From a virus: DNA of 64,000 nucleotides. Location: positions 1-64,000 of the IMG/VR virus record IMGVR_UViG_3300037584_005429; one strand, 5' to 3'. Below the pieces are notes generated by a model. That model was not told the DNA's origin, ran no database searches, and saw only the letters and a program-made list of their open reading frames with translations. Positions 1-8,957 of the stretch are shown piece after piece. Made by a program: the position numbers and the translations under genes. Each line of letters starts with the position of its first letter. The first letter of the stretch is position 1.

Positions 1-1149
1 CCAACCATCATATAAGGAAGGTAAACCATTTAATTCTATTTCACCTAAATCAGAAAAATTTTCAACATTGTTTGTACCAATAATTTGTAATAATTGTTTC
101 CATGTTATATACATTTCGGTGTTTCTTCCTCTTTCATCATAGTCAAATATTTTTGCTTCATCTATCTCTTGTTTAGTAGCTTCTGCTCTACTTCTCCAAA
201 CTGCACAACCTAAACTTTCTAACCAACTATCACCCATTCTCTCCGCTTCCACTGGAAAATATTTTTCAAGGAAATCATATACAGTCCCTTCATCGTTTCG
301 TAATTCCTCTTCTGTAAATTTAGGTTCGCCTACTAACTCTCTAAGATTTTGTAATCGTCCACGATTTTCTGGGGTTAAATAAGAGTTCATATAATTTAAC
401 TCCTCTGTATCCATTTCCTCACAATCACCATAATAACCACGGTAACCCATAGCTGCGTTATATGCCCAGTCATCATCCTCACTTAAATCTAAAAACTTAT
501 CTTTAAAAGTTTCGTCGTTAGTAATTATTAAAATTCCTTCTCCATCAGGCATGATTCCTATTTCATCGTCATTCATATTATCAAAAAACCAACTATCTGT
601 AGATACTGTAGTGTTGTCGTTACCTTCAAACTTTTCCCAGTCCAAATTTTGTCCTTTCTCACCTCTTATCTCATCATAAACTGCTTTTGCAAAATCATTT
701 TTTTCTGAATATGATTTCATTTCCTTTTCAGTAAAAGGCATTTCAAATTTTAATCTTTCTTTGAGGGAGTATGGTATGTTTAGTTTTTCTATTAGTTTTG
801 GTTTGTCACTAAAGAATTCTTTTGTGTCTTTTTTCTGGTACCAATTTATATTTAACGCTGCGTCTCTGAGTGGGTCAAAAAGAGAATATTCTCCACTAAA
901 TCTTAAAGGTATTTTACTTTTGGTATCGTGTACTATCCCTGCTTTGTTTTTATCCTTTTCTATTATTATATAGGTTACCCCACCACTTTTAAATGCGTTT
1001 ACGGTAGCTTCTTTAATTTTTTCATCCTTACACCATTGGGGTGCTATAGAACAAATAGATGCAATATTATAAGGTAATACGAGTTCATATTTATCATCCT
1101 CGTATACAACTCTTTTATTTACCTGTTCGTTTAACATATTCATAGTCAT
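1..1149 (-). CDS. Acidic hypothetical phage protein, runs off the window edge (3' part missing); not in ORF track
   Basis: Open frame read manually on minus strand: MTMNMLNEQVNKRVVYEDDKYELVLPYN...NGLPSLYDGW with no stop; preceded by ATATTTAT motif at 1155-1162; alternative start at 1137. Confidence 0.8.
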   Translation of the reverse strand, partial: MTMNMLNEQVNKRVVYEDDKYELVLPYNIASICSIAPQWCKDEKIKEATVNAFKSGGVTYIIIEKDKNKAGIVHDTKSKIPLRFSGEYSLFDPLRDAALNINWYQKKDTKEFFSDKPKLIEKLNIPYSLKERLKFEMPFTEKEMKSYSEKNDFAKAVYDEIRGEKGQNLDWEKFEGNDNTTVSTDSWFFDNMNDDEIGIMPDGEGILIITNDETFKDKFLDLSEDDDWAYNAAMGYRGYYGDCEEMDTEELNYMNSYLTPENRGRLQNLRELVGEPKFTEEELRNDEGTVYDFLEKYFPVEAERMGDSWLESLGCAVWRSRAEATKQEIDEAKIFDYDERGRNTEMYITWKQLLQIIGTNNVENFSDLGEIELNGLPSLYDGW

Positions 1150-1169
1150 CTACTATAAATATAAAGTAA

Positions 1170-1412
1170 TTACAAGTTATATTTGGAATAATCGGAAAGT
1201 CTTCCTTGTTTTATTTTTTGGAGGGTTGAGCATTTTTCGTACTCTTCTGTTTTTTCAAAGAAAGTAATTAGTTTATCTATTGTTTTGTGTGGTAAGTCTT
1301 TATTAACAAATTCAAGATTTTCATATTCCTCACCTTCTTCCATAGAATTTACAATAAATTCATAAGCTAGTCTAAAGGCTGCGTTTTTTTCAAATGGGTC
1401 TAACATTATCAA
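1170..1412 (-). CDS. Hypothetical protein with UVR (UvrB/C)-like C-terminal motif
   Basis: FEKTEEYEKCSTLQKIK resembles the E.YE.A..LRD UVR motif; coupled to upstream ORF. Confidence 0.6.
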   Translation of the reverse strand: MIMLDPFEKNAAFRLAYEFIVNSMEEGEEYENLEFVNKDLPHKTIDKLITFFEKTEEYEKCSTLQKIKQGRLSDYSKYNL

Positions 1413-1630
1413 ACTGTTGTTTTTTTAAGAATTTTACCATCCCATGCAATTATTTGGTCTAGTTTGTATTTAGCACCATCTAATGTAGAGGCTCCTACAG
1501 GTCCTATCTGTGGTATATCTAAATCTAAATCTCTTGTCCAAGATATCATCCATAAAAACTTTTTACGTTTTTCTATAATGTATTGTATTTTACCACTTAA
1601 TCTATTTTCTTCTTTTACTATTCTATACAT
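1409..1630 (-). CDS. Hypothetical protein
   Basis: ATG start, tightly packed in minus-strand operon. Confidence 0.7.
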   Translation of the reverse strand: MYRIVKEENRLSGKIQYIIEKRKKFLWMISWTRDLDLDIPQIGPVGASTLDGAKYKLDQIIAWDGKILKKTTV

Positions 1631-1631
1631 A

Positions 1632-2024
1632 TTATTCTCCTTTTTTAATATAATTATACCACCAAGTTGCGGCTAATATTAATACTAACAGTGTTCCCAT
1701 CGTGTATACTAGAAACCACGGTGTGTGGTGTTCAACAAAAAATGATGGTACACCCATCACTATCAACCATATTAGAAATATATATCCTGTATTATTTTCT
1801 AATTTTTTTTCTACCTTAACAGTTCTCTCTTGGTTAATTAGTCTACTTAGTGCATCTTGCATATCTTTACCGTATACTGGTTGGGTGTGTTTTGTACCAT
1901 CTTTTTCACCTATTGTAACTAAGTACTTCAGGTATCCTGGATTATTTTTACTTTTTTCTACAAATTTACATTCTAGAGCTCTTCTCCTATTAAATTTATA
2001 TTTATGTGTATTTTTTTTTAACAT
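1632..2024 (-). CDS. Hypothetical membrane protein (2 C-terminal TM helices)
   Basis: Probable start MLKKNTHK at 2024 right after upstream stop; two hydrophobic segments near C-terminus. Confidence 0.7.
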   Translation of the reverse strand: MLKKNTHKYKFNRRRALECKFVEKSKNNPGYLKYLVTIGEKDGTKHTQPVYGKDMQDALSRLINQERTVKVEKKLENNTGYIFLIWLIVMGVPSFFVEHHTPWFLVYTMGTLLVLILAATWWYNYIKKGE

Positions 2025-2025
2025 T

Positions 2026-2220
2026 TTATTTACTATTACAAGTTTTTCTAACTTTATAAGCCCAACCACTATCTGAATTTTCTGTCAACATAGTAGCTAT
2101 TCTATGAGCTTCTTTTTCACTTTTTACATCCCATATTTGGGATAGTCCGTCTGTTAGTAGGACAAAAGATTTATTACCTGTTTTAGGGTCTATCATTTCT
2201 TTTATTATATTATATGGCAT
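2026..2220 (-). CDS. Hypothetical protein
   Basis: ORF track; operon packing. Confidence 0.65.
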   Translation of the reverse strand: MPYNIIKEMIDPKTGNKSFVLLTDGLSQIWDVKSEKEAHRIATMLTENSDSGWAYKVRKTCNSK

Positions 2221-2407
2221 TTTTGTATTTTTTATTTAAAAGGTTAACATAAAAATCTGCTACTCCTGGTCCTAATAAGTCATTCCACTTATTTTCAAAG
2301 TTTATTATCAACTTTTTTAAAGCTGGTTTATGAACTTCTTTATTATTTGGATTATTTAGTACTTTTAGTACAAAATTGGCATCTTTTTTAATATTAGGAC
2401 TTTTCAT
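2210..2407 (-). CDS. Hypothetical protein
   Basis: ORF track; preceded by TATATTTG promoter element. Confidence 0.7.
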   Translation of the reverse strand: MKSPNIKKDANFVLKVLNNPNNKEVHKPALKKLIINFENKWNDLLGPGVADFYVNLLNKKYKNAI

Positions 2408-2411
2408 GCCA

Positions 2412-2442
2412 CAAATATAATAATTATTTTTTAACTAGTCTA
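2412..2442 (-). promoter_or_regulatory. Host-type (sigma70/Bacteroidota -7) promoter, leaderless
   Basis: TAGACT-N17-TATATTTG-N4-ATG on minus strand; TATATTTG matches the Bacteroidota TAnnTTTG element. Confidence 0.65.
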
Positions 2443-3478
2443 CCAATTCTGGTTGGGTTTTTAAAGTTTCTAGTAATCTCTTAGTGATTTTGTATGGGTC
2501 ACCATTACTTGCTGGCCTTCTATCTTCTACGTAACCTTTCCAATTATTTTTAACCGTAGATACTGGAATTCTAATACTAGCACCTCTGTCTGACACACCA
2601 TAACTAAATTTATTTATAGATTGTGTTTCGTGTAAACCTGTTAATCTTTTCTCATTATCACTACCATAATTATTAATGTGTTCTTCATGATAAAAAGATA
2701 AAGTATCACAAATACCTTCGATTAAATCTTTACCACCAACCTCTCTCATTTCTTTAGTTGAGAAGTTTACATGCATTCCTGAACCGTTCCAGTCACCAAC
2801 TACTGGTTTTGGGTGTAGGTCTACTGTCACTCCATGATTTTCAGTAATTCTATATAAAAGATACCTACTAACCCATAAATCATCAGAAACCTTTAGAGCT
2901 CCTTTACCAAATAGTTGGTACTCCCATTGACCTAACATTACCTCCGCGTTAACACCTGTAATATCTAATCCAATATTCATACAAGCATCTAAATGTTGTT
3001 CTACAATTTCTCTACCAATAACTCTATCTGTACCAACACCACAATAATATTTTCCTTGTGGTTCTGGATACCCTTCTTTTGGGAATCCTAGTGGTTTACC
3101 GTCTTTCATTAAAACATACTCTTGTTCAAACCCAAACCACCAACCTTCTTGGTGTCTATGAAAATCTATATCTTCTAGTTCTGCTCTTTCATTAGTCTTA
3201 TGTGACATACCCTTTTCATTTAATACCTCACATAATGCAAGATAAGACCCTACTCTTTGTGGGTCTGGATAAACCCTTACCGGTCTTAGGATACAATCTG
3301 AATTATTACCGGTAGCTTGTTTTGTTGAACTACCATCAAATGACCATTCTGGTAAATTATCTGGGTCTGGTTTAGTAATAGTACTATCTAAATCTACAAT
3401 TTTAGTTTTACTTCTTAAAGTTTGTTCTGGTTTATTACCATCTAACCAAATGTATTCAATCTTTGTTTTTATTTTCAT
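2435..3478 (-). CDS. glnII: Glutamine synthetase type II (auxiliary metabolic gene)
   Basis: EYIWLDG, LRSKT, WSFDGSST, WFGFEQEY, NAEVMLGQWEYQ, DWNGSGMH, RLTGLHET, DRGASIRIP, EDRRPASN motifs; ~347 aa GSII length. Confidence 0.95.
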   Translation of the reverse strand: MKIKTKIEYIWLDGNKPEQTLRSKTKIVDLDSTITKPDPDNLPEWSFDGSSTKQATGNNSDCILRPVRVYPDPQRVGSYLALCEVLNEKGMSHKTNERAELEDIDFHRHQEGWWFGFEQEYVLMKDGKPLGFPKEGYPEPQGKYYCGVGTDRVIGREIVEQHLDACMNIGLDITGVNAEVMLGQWEYQLFGKGALKVSDDLWVSRYLLYRITENHGVTVDLHPKPVVGDWNGSGMHVNFSTKEMREVGGKDLIEGICDTLSFYHEEHINNYGSDNEKRLTGLHETQSINKFSYGVSDRGASIRIPVSTVKNNWKGYVEDRRPASNGDPYKITKRLLETLKTQPELVD

Positions 3479-3629
3479 TTTTATCAAATTTTTTAATTAA
3501 TTTATCTAATTGAGAATTGATGTGGTTCATGTCAGCCACAGATTCTTTATCTTTAACCTCAATGGTTCCTACTAGTTCTTTTAACTCTTCCACTTGTTTT
3601 TTTAATTCTTTGTTTGTTTCTTGTTCCAT
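3456..3629 (-). CDS. Small coiled-coil hypothetical protein (57 aa; not in ORF track)
   Basis: Manual translation MEQETNKELKKQVEELKELVGTIEVKDKESVADMNHINSQLDKLIKKFDKNENKNKD*; fills the gap and overlaps the GS start. Confidence 0.7.
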   Translation of the reverse strand: MEQETNKELKKQVEELKELVGTIEVKDKESVADMNHINSQLDKLIKKFDKNENKNKD

Positions 3630-3630
3630 C

Positions 3631-3641
3631 TAAATATTTAT
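3631..3641. promoter_or_regulatory. Palindromic, possibly bidirectional late-type promoter element
   Basis: TAAATATTTA perfect palindrome in an 18-bp gap between divergent ATGs at 3629(-) and 3648(+). Confidence 0.45.
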
Positions 3642-3647
3642 AATAAT

Positions 3648-3983
3648 ATGAATGTTATTTTAGATAATAAAGTCCTACCATTAGAGATTATGTCAACTCC
3701 TAATGCCATTAGTACTGGTATGATGGGTAGGAAATATATTGATGGTGGAATGTTATTTATTTTTCCTTCCGTATCTGAACGTTCTTTCTGGATGAAAGAT
3801 TGTTTAATTTCTTTGGATATAATCTTTATCATTAAGAATAAAGTTACTCAAGTTCATTATAATTGTCCACCCTGTAATTTAAGTAAATGTAAATCTTATT
3901 ATGGTGTGGCTGATAAAGTTTTGGAATTGCCTTCAGGAAAATATAATGTAAGTGAGGGTGATATTTTAAAATTTACTAATTAG
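3648..3983 (+). CDS. DUF192 family protein
   Basis: GMMGR...GGMLFIF...SFWMKDCLISLDIIFI...PPC...VLELPSG signature; ATG at 3648 after ATATTTAT. Confidence 0.85.
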   Translation: MNVILDNKVLPLEIMSTPNAISTGMMGRKYIDGGMLFIFPSVSERSFWMKDCLISLDIIFIIKNKVTQVHYNCPPCNLSKCKSYYGVADKVLELPSGKYNVSEGDILKFTN

Positions 3984-5418
3984 TATCTATAGTTTCTTTA
4001 ATTTTATTAACCATTTGTTTTTGAACCCATTTTACAAATTCAACATATCTTGTTGGTTTAGAATCTGCTTTTTTCTTATAAGGTCCTTCTGGTTGTCTAG
4101 TAGCTCTACTAAAGAAATTTAAACCACTAATATTTGTTATACATTTATGTCCACCACTATTAGCTTGAATTACGTCCCATGCTGGTACTGTTATCTTATC
4201 TAAAACAGCTTTTTGTTTTTCACTTAATTTTTCCCAAGGTGTGTCAATTATACTAACTGCCATATTGTAGTATTTTGAGTCTGGTGAAGGCATATTTTGT
4301 AAATGGTCTTTATATAAAGCAAATAGGTCAGATGTTTTAAACCCAATACTTTCATCTTCTGCTTTTGTTTCTCCTATTCTTTTAATAACTGAAACTGGTA
4401 CTTGGTGTTTTTTAAGTTGTGGTTCTACTTCTTTAAGAACTTCTTGTGCTATATCACCTAAATTAACACCTTTTAAAGCCCTATCTTTTTTAAATGGATT
4501 ACAAGAAGCTTGTACTAGACCCATTGGCCAAGCTATTACTAAAAAGTCTGCGTCTGGATATATTTGGAATGGAGTGTACCTATCATAAGAACCTGGTTTA
4601 AATAATTTTCCACCACCATATTGTACAATTATATTATCATCTATATTTAAGTTATCACTTTCTTGTTGTGATTTTATGTATTCTGCTTGATTCTGTGCCA
4701 TTTCCTCTGGTGAAGCAAATCCTTTTTCTTTTGCATATGAAGTTATGTTTTGGTATATGTTCATTAAAGAAGGGGACGAATTCATAACTAGGTATTCTAA
4801 AAATCCTGGTTTGTTTTTATAAGCTAATAATAATTTATTGGTTAAAAGACCTAACATCCATCTTTTTTCATAAGTTTGGTCACCAGATTCAAAATCTCTA
4901 ACTAAATTCATAACTTGTTCTGGTTCAATATTGTGTTTTGCGTAATCTGCTGAATCTACAGTATTAATCATCATAATATCTTCATCAGTAAAAATATCAC
5001 TAGGACTTATAGTTTGTGATATAGTTTCTACATTTGACCTAGCTCCTCTAAATTGTGTTGCTGTATCATCTTCTACACCTGCTTGGGAATCGTGATGGTC
5101 CGTATGGATTTTAAATATTGGCTTGCCGTGTGCAAAATCTACTAGGACTGGCATTACATCACCACTAGCATCTGGTTTTTTAACAGAGAATTCTTTATCC
5201 CCGTATTGAATTACGTTTGTACCTATTACTTCTATCCCATAATTTTCAAGATAATTTTTCATTCCTAATGCAGATACCACACCGTCTAGGTCTTGGTGAA
5301 AGTATATTTCTGCTTTAGGGTATCTTTTAGCTAAATTATTAATGTCTCTAATTCCACCTTCATTTAAAAGGGATTCATTAATAACTTTTAATTGTTTTTC
5401 TGTTATCTCGATTTTCAT
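3976..5418 (-). CDS. DHH-family phosphoesterase-like protein with I-x-E leader, possibly virion-packaged
   Basis: YFHQDLDGVVSA (motif I), VLVDFA (motif II), HTDHHD (DHH), C-terminal SGGHK; probable start MKIEITEKQL at 5418, 5 nt after ATATTTAT. Confidence 0.75.
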   Translation of the reverse strand: MKIEITEKQLKVINESLLNEGGIRDINNLAKRYPKAEIYFHQDLDGVVSALGMKNYLENYGIEVIGTNVIQYGDKEFSVKKPDASGDVMPVLVDFAHGKPIFKIHTDHHDSQAGVEDDTATQFRGARSNVETISQTISPSDIFTDEDIMMINTVDSADYAKHNIEPEQVMNLVRDFESGDQTYEKRWMLGLLTNKLLLAYKNKPGFLEYLVMNSSPSLMNIYQNITSYAKEKGFASPEEMAQNQAEYIKSQQESDNLNIDDNIIVQYGGGKLFKPGSYDRYTPFQIYPDADFLVIAWPMGLVQASCNPFKKDRALKGVNLGDIAQEVLKEVEPQLKKHQVPVSVIKRIGETKAEDESIGFKTSDLFALYKDHLQNMPSPDSKYYNMAVSIIDTPWEKLSEKQKAVLDKITVPAWDVIQANSGGHKCITNISGLNFFSRATRQPEGPYKKKADSKPTRYVEFVKWVQKQMVNKIKETIDTN

Positions 5419-5443
5419 ATTATATAAATATCTACTTATTTGA

Positions 5444-6229
5444 TTAACACGGATGTCTCTTATCCCACCAAAATATGTGGTCACCTATTTTCTTAGCTGA
5501 CTTTTTATTGTTATTATAAGACTTTACTATAGTTCTAGTACTACTACTACTTAAGTCTACAATATCTGGATTTACGTAATGATTTACCCTAATTACATCT
5601 CCATCACTAAAATTTTCAACAATTTTTAACATACTATCAAACCCTTTTACTTTTTGATTGGTTATTCTATTAAGTAACTCTTCAAACTTCCCTTCTTTAC
5701 TTAATCTATTAAAGTAATTCCATGTTGAGTATTGTTTTCCTTTTAATACTGAGTCTTTCATACTATACCCACATTTATCAGCTCGGTTTTTTATTGTTGA
5801 CAGTATAGCTTTTAATTCTTTTTCTCCAGCTATTTGATTTTCTCCTACAAGTGTTGATGCTAATATGTAATCTTCATCATCTTCTGGTATTTCTATATAT
5901 AAATCTAATTTTTTTAAACCATTGGGTCCTATGGGTATATTGTTATTAATTTGTTTACACAAATCTATATCTAGTTGAGTGGACAAAGCTTTTAACATAT
6001 CTTTACCATAATACCCATCTCTACTTATACCTAATTTTTTTTGAATGACGTATATTGGGTGGGTTTTATCTAAATCGTAATCACCATAATTTAAAATACT
6101 ATTATTATATAACATATCATAAAAAGAAATGTCCACTTTAGAGAATTTTGTTTCTCCAGTAGGTACACACTTAACTTCCTCTTGTTCAAAAAGTCTACCG
6201 TATTGATTTTCTGTAATTATTATACGCAT
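5444..6229 (-). CDS. Peptidoglycan-binding domain plus SleB/Hydrolase_2-like cell-wall hydrolase
   Basis: IQKKLGISRDGYYGKD (PG-binding); LASTLVGE...IKNRA...KQYSTWN...NHYVNP...KIGDHIFW (Hydrolase_2); probable start MRIIITENQ at 6229. Confidence 0.75.
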   Translation of the reverse strand: MRIIITENQYGRLFEQEEVKCVPTGETKFSKVDISFYDMLYNNSILNYGDYDLDKTHPIYVIQKKLGISRDGYYGKDMLKALSTQLDIDLCKQINNNIPIGPNGLKKLDLYIEIPEDDEDYILASTLVGENQIAGEKELKAILSTIKNRADKCGYSMKDSVLKGKQYSTWNYFNRLSKEGKFEELLNRITNQKVKGFDSMLKIVENFSDGDVIRVNHYVNPDIVDLSSSSTRTIVKSYNNNKKSAKKIGDHIFWWDKRHPC

Positions 6230-6268
6230 AAAAAAGTCGTTTACAATAAATATAATCATAAACGACTT
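6230..6268 (-). terminator. Intrinsic terminator-like hairpin overlapping a late promoter
   Basis: AAGTCGTTTA(6234-6243)/TAAACGACTT(6259-6268) perfect 10-bp inverted repeat, then a U6 tract on the minus strand abutting the ATG; ATATTTAT at 6246-6253 lies inside. Confidence 0.7.
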
Positions 6269-6293
6269 ACTCTTATAAATAAACTATAGTTAT

Positions 6294-7190
6294 TTACATA
6301 CAACTAAAATATCTTTCTCCCCTATCACACAATATAGTTATAGCATCCGTTTCATCATTATCCCTTAACCACTGAAATGACGCAAATACGTTTGCTGCTG
6401 CACTTATACCAATAAATAGGCCATAATTTTTAGCTAAATGTCTTGCACATGCCTTAGCACATTCTGTACTAACCATTCTTACTTCTGAAACCCTATCCAA
6501 ATCTACCAAAAATTTACTACCATCACCTATTCCTTGTATACCATGAAGACCTGGTTCAAACCCTGACATTACCGCACTTTCTGCTGGTTCAATAGCTACT
6601 GATTTTATATTTGGCCACATTTCTTTTAAAAATTTATCCGTACCCATTAAAGTACCACCAGTACCTGTCCCAGCCACAAAAACAGCTGGGTGTGATTTTT
6701 CACCTTTAAGTTCTTTGTATTGATTATAAAATTCTGGACCTGTGGTTTGGTAGTGTGCTTGAATGTTAAGTGGGTTATGAAATTGATTGCAATTAAACCA
6801 TCCCTTATCCTCACACATCTTATCTCTTAGGTCTATTGCCCCATCAAAATCACCATCCTCAACTTCTATTAATTCAGCCCCATAATATCTAAACATATTT
6901 TTACGTTCCTCGGACATATTAGAAGGCATAATTATAACCATTTTATAACCTCTTTCAGCTGCTAACATAGCAAAAGCAATCCCACTATTACCACTAGTGG
7001 CTTCACATAAAGTACTTCCTTTGATGATTAACCCCTTTCTTTCCGCGTTATTAATGATAAATGTTGCCATTCTATCTTTAACAGAACCACTTGGGTTCAT
7101 AAATTCAGCTTTTCCCCAAACTGTATAACTACCTATAGTTATTGGTATTAGAGGAGTGTTACCTACATTATCAGATAATTTAGTTTTCAT
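6294..7190 (-). CDS. cysK: Cysteine synthase (O-acetylserine sulfhydrylase, PLP-dependent)
   Basis: GNTPL, KAEFMNPSGSVKDR (PLP lysine), ATSGNSGIA, NQFHNPLN, GTGTGGT, HGIQGIG, DRGERY. Confidence 0.92.
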   Translation of the reverse strand: MKTKLSDNVGNTPLIPITIGSYTVWGKAEFMNPSGSVKDRMATFIINNAERKGLIIKGSTLCEATSGNSGIAFAMLAAERGYKMVIIMPSNMSEERKNMFRYYGAELIEVEDGDFDGAIDLRDKMCEDKGWFNCNQFHNPLNIQAHYQTTGPEFYNQYKELKGEKSHPAVFVAGTGTGGTLMGTDKFLKEMWPNIKSVAIEPAESAVMSGFEPGLHGIQGIGDGSKFLVDLDRVSEVRMVSTECAKACARHLAKNYGLFIGISAAANVFASFQWLRDNDETDAITILCDRGERYFSCM

Positions 7191-7618
7191 TAACCCTCTA
7201 TCTCTACGTTAAATGTATCTCCTTGTTGTATTTTATCTATAACATCTAGTCCTTCTACAACCTTACCAAAACAAGTGTGATTACGGTCTAAGTGTTGTGT
7301 GTTTTGTCTCCCATGACAAATAAAGAATTGTGAACCTCCCGTATTTCTTCCTGCGTGTGCCATAGATAAAACTCCTTTATCGTGATATTGATTATCACCA
7401 TTTAGTTCACAATCTATTTTATATCCTGGTCCACCAGCTCCTGTACCATTAGGGCAACCACCCTGTACTACAAAATTAGGTATAACTCTATGGAAATTTA
7501 AATTTTTATAAAATCCGTCTTTTGCTAATTTAACAAAATTATTTACTGTGTTTGGTGCATCTTTTTCATAGAACTCTACCACCATCGTTCCTTTATCTGT
7601 ATTAATTTTACCTTTCAT
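7190..7618 (-). CDS. Cyclophilin-type peptidyl-prolyl cis-trans isomerase
   Basis: [50 protein letters not shown]. Confidence 0.95.
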   Translation of the reverse strand: MKGKINTDKGTMVVEFYEKDAPNTVNNFVKLAKDGFYKNLNFHRVIPNFVVQGGCPNGTGAGGPGYKIDCELNGDNQYHDKGVLSMAHAGRNTGGSQFFICHGRQNTQHLDRNHTCFGKVVEGLDVIDKIQQGDTFNVEIEG

Positions 7619-7835
7619 TTTTTATTTTATTTATTTCTCTGTTTATATACCAACTAGCTTTTTCTAAGTCTTCTAGTTTATTATTTTTTTTCTCTGCTCT
7701 GGAAATATATTTTATTGAATTCCCTAAGTTAAACCCTAAATCCCAAGCTTCAATAACTTTAATAGCTTCGTATAAATTATTTTTACCTCCGTAGTGACTT
7801 GGGTGGTCAACCATTTCATTATTTTCTTTACCCAT
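7608..7835 (-). CDS. DUF3310 family protein
   Basis: VDHPSHY...EAIKVIE...[15 protein letters not shown]...EDLEKASWY. Confidence 0.9.
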   Translation of the reverse strand: MGKENNEMVDHPSHYGGKNNLYEAIKVIEAWDLGFNLGNSIKYISRAEKKNNKLEDLEKASWYINREINKIKNER

Positions 7836-8571
7836 TTTTAATTTTATTTATTACAAACCCATTAGTATATTTTTTATTACCTATTAAATAACTTTCCCCC
7901 ATCTCATCTATTTCCTTATCAGGTAATTGTGATAAATCAATTATTGTACTATTCAGGTATATACGTTCATAATCTAATACTTCAATTTTTAAATTATTTT
8001 TTTCTAAAAAATTATTTAACTTTTTTTCGCTCATAACCCATGATACTTGTTCCTCAACCATACCAGCCCATTCATTAGTTTGTTGTATATCATCCATATC
8101 CCCTAGATGTATTGTTGTTCTATTGAAGAAAATATAATCACATATATTTAACAATTCAAGAACTGTTTTATATGGATTTTTAAGCATCGGTAAAATACTA
8201 TCTATGTATATAATGTCTACTTTTTCATCAATTTTTTCGTAATCAATATCTAACTCTATAAATTTTACATTTTTACAATTTTCATATCTTTTGATGGCTT
8301 TATCCAAACAAAACGTATTTATATCGTACCCAATATAATTAATATTATTTAATGTACTTGTTGGTGGGTTATTAATTATTTCTAAAACCCTTCCATTTCC
8401 ACAACCAATATCAATTATTTTTAGATTTTCACCACTAAAATTAGTATTTAACCATTCACTGAATACCTTATGATGTTTATTTGATTCTTTAGTATATGAC
8501 GCATCATCTAAGTATCGATGTTCTCTTGCCACCGTGTATCTGGCCCATTGGTTATGTTGTTTACCACTCAC
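7828..8571 (-). CDS. Class I SAM-dependent methyltransferase
   Basis: IIDIGCGNGR motif I, YIGYDIN motif II. Confidence 0.8.
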   Translation of the reverse strand: MSGKQHNQWARYTVAREHRYLDDASYTKESNKHHKVFSEWLNTNFSGENLKIIDIGCGNGRVLEIINNPPTSTLNNINYIGYDINTFCLDKAIKRYENCKNVKFIELDIDYEKIDEKVDIIYIDSILPMLKNPYKTVLELLNICDYIFFNRTTIHLGDMDDIQQTNEWAGMVEEQVSWVMSEKKLNNFLEKNNLKIEVLDYERIYLNSTIIDLSQLPDKEIDEMGESYLIGNKKYTNGFVINKIKNG

Positions 8572-8572
8572 T

Positions 8573-8908
8573 TTATTTTCTTTTTTTAATTATATCTTTA
8601 ATCTTAGTAAATGGTGTATTTTCTAAACTTTGGGATTTGTATTTAGTAAAAATATATTCTCTTAGTTCTTCTATTTCTTCTGTTTCGTTCCCACACACAC
8701 TAACTAGTTTTAAATCGGTTTCCTCTTCATTCGGAAACATAAGTACCTCATATCCGGTTTTTTTACTTATGTCTAATGCAAATTTTTCTAAATTTTCACC
8801 TAGTCTTATGGTTGAAGGTGTGGATAATTTAACCATTAAAACAGGTGTATAATTTTGTAATAATAAGTCATTGACCACTTTTTTAGATTTATCTAGTTTG
8901 TTTGTCAT
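8573..8908 (-). CDS. Hypothetical protein
   Basis: ORF track; first gene after a TTGACA promoter. Confidence 0.7.
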   Translation of the reverse strand: MTNKLDKSKKVVNDLLLQNYTPVLMVKLSTPSTIRLGENLEKFALDISKKTGYEVLMFPNEEETDLKLVSVCGNETEEIEELREYIFTKYKSQSLENTPFTKIKDIIKKRK

Positions 8909-8912
8909 AACT

Positions 8913-8943
8913 TAAAATTAATTAATTGTTAAATTATTGTCAA
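8913..8943 (-). promoter_or_regulatory. Sigma70-type promoter, leaderless
   Basis: TTGACA-N17-TAATTTTA-N4-ATG. Confidence 0.7.
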
Positions 8944-8957
8944 TAAAGATATTTTAT

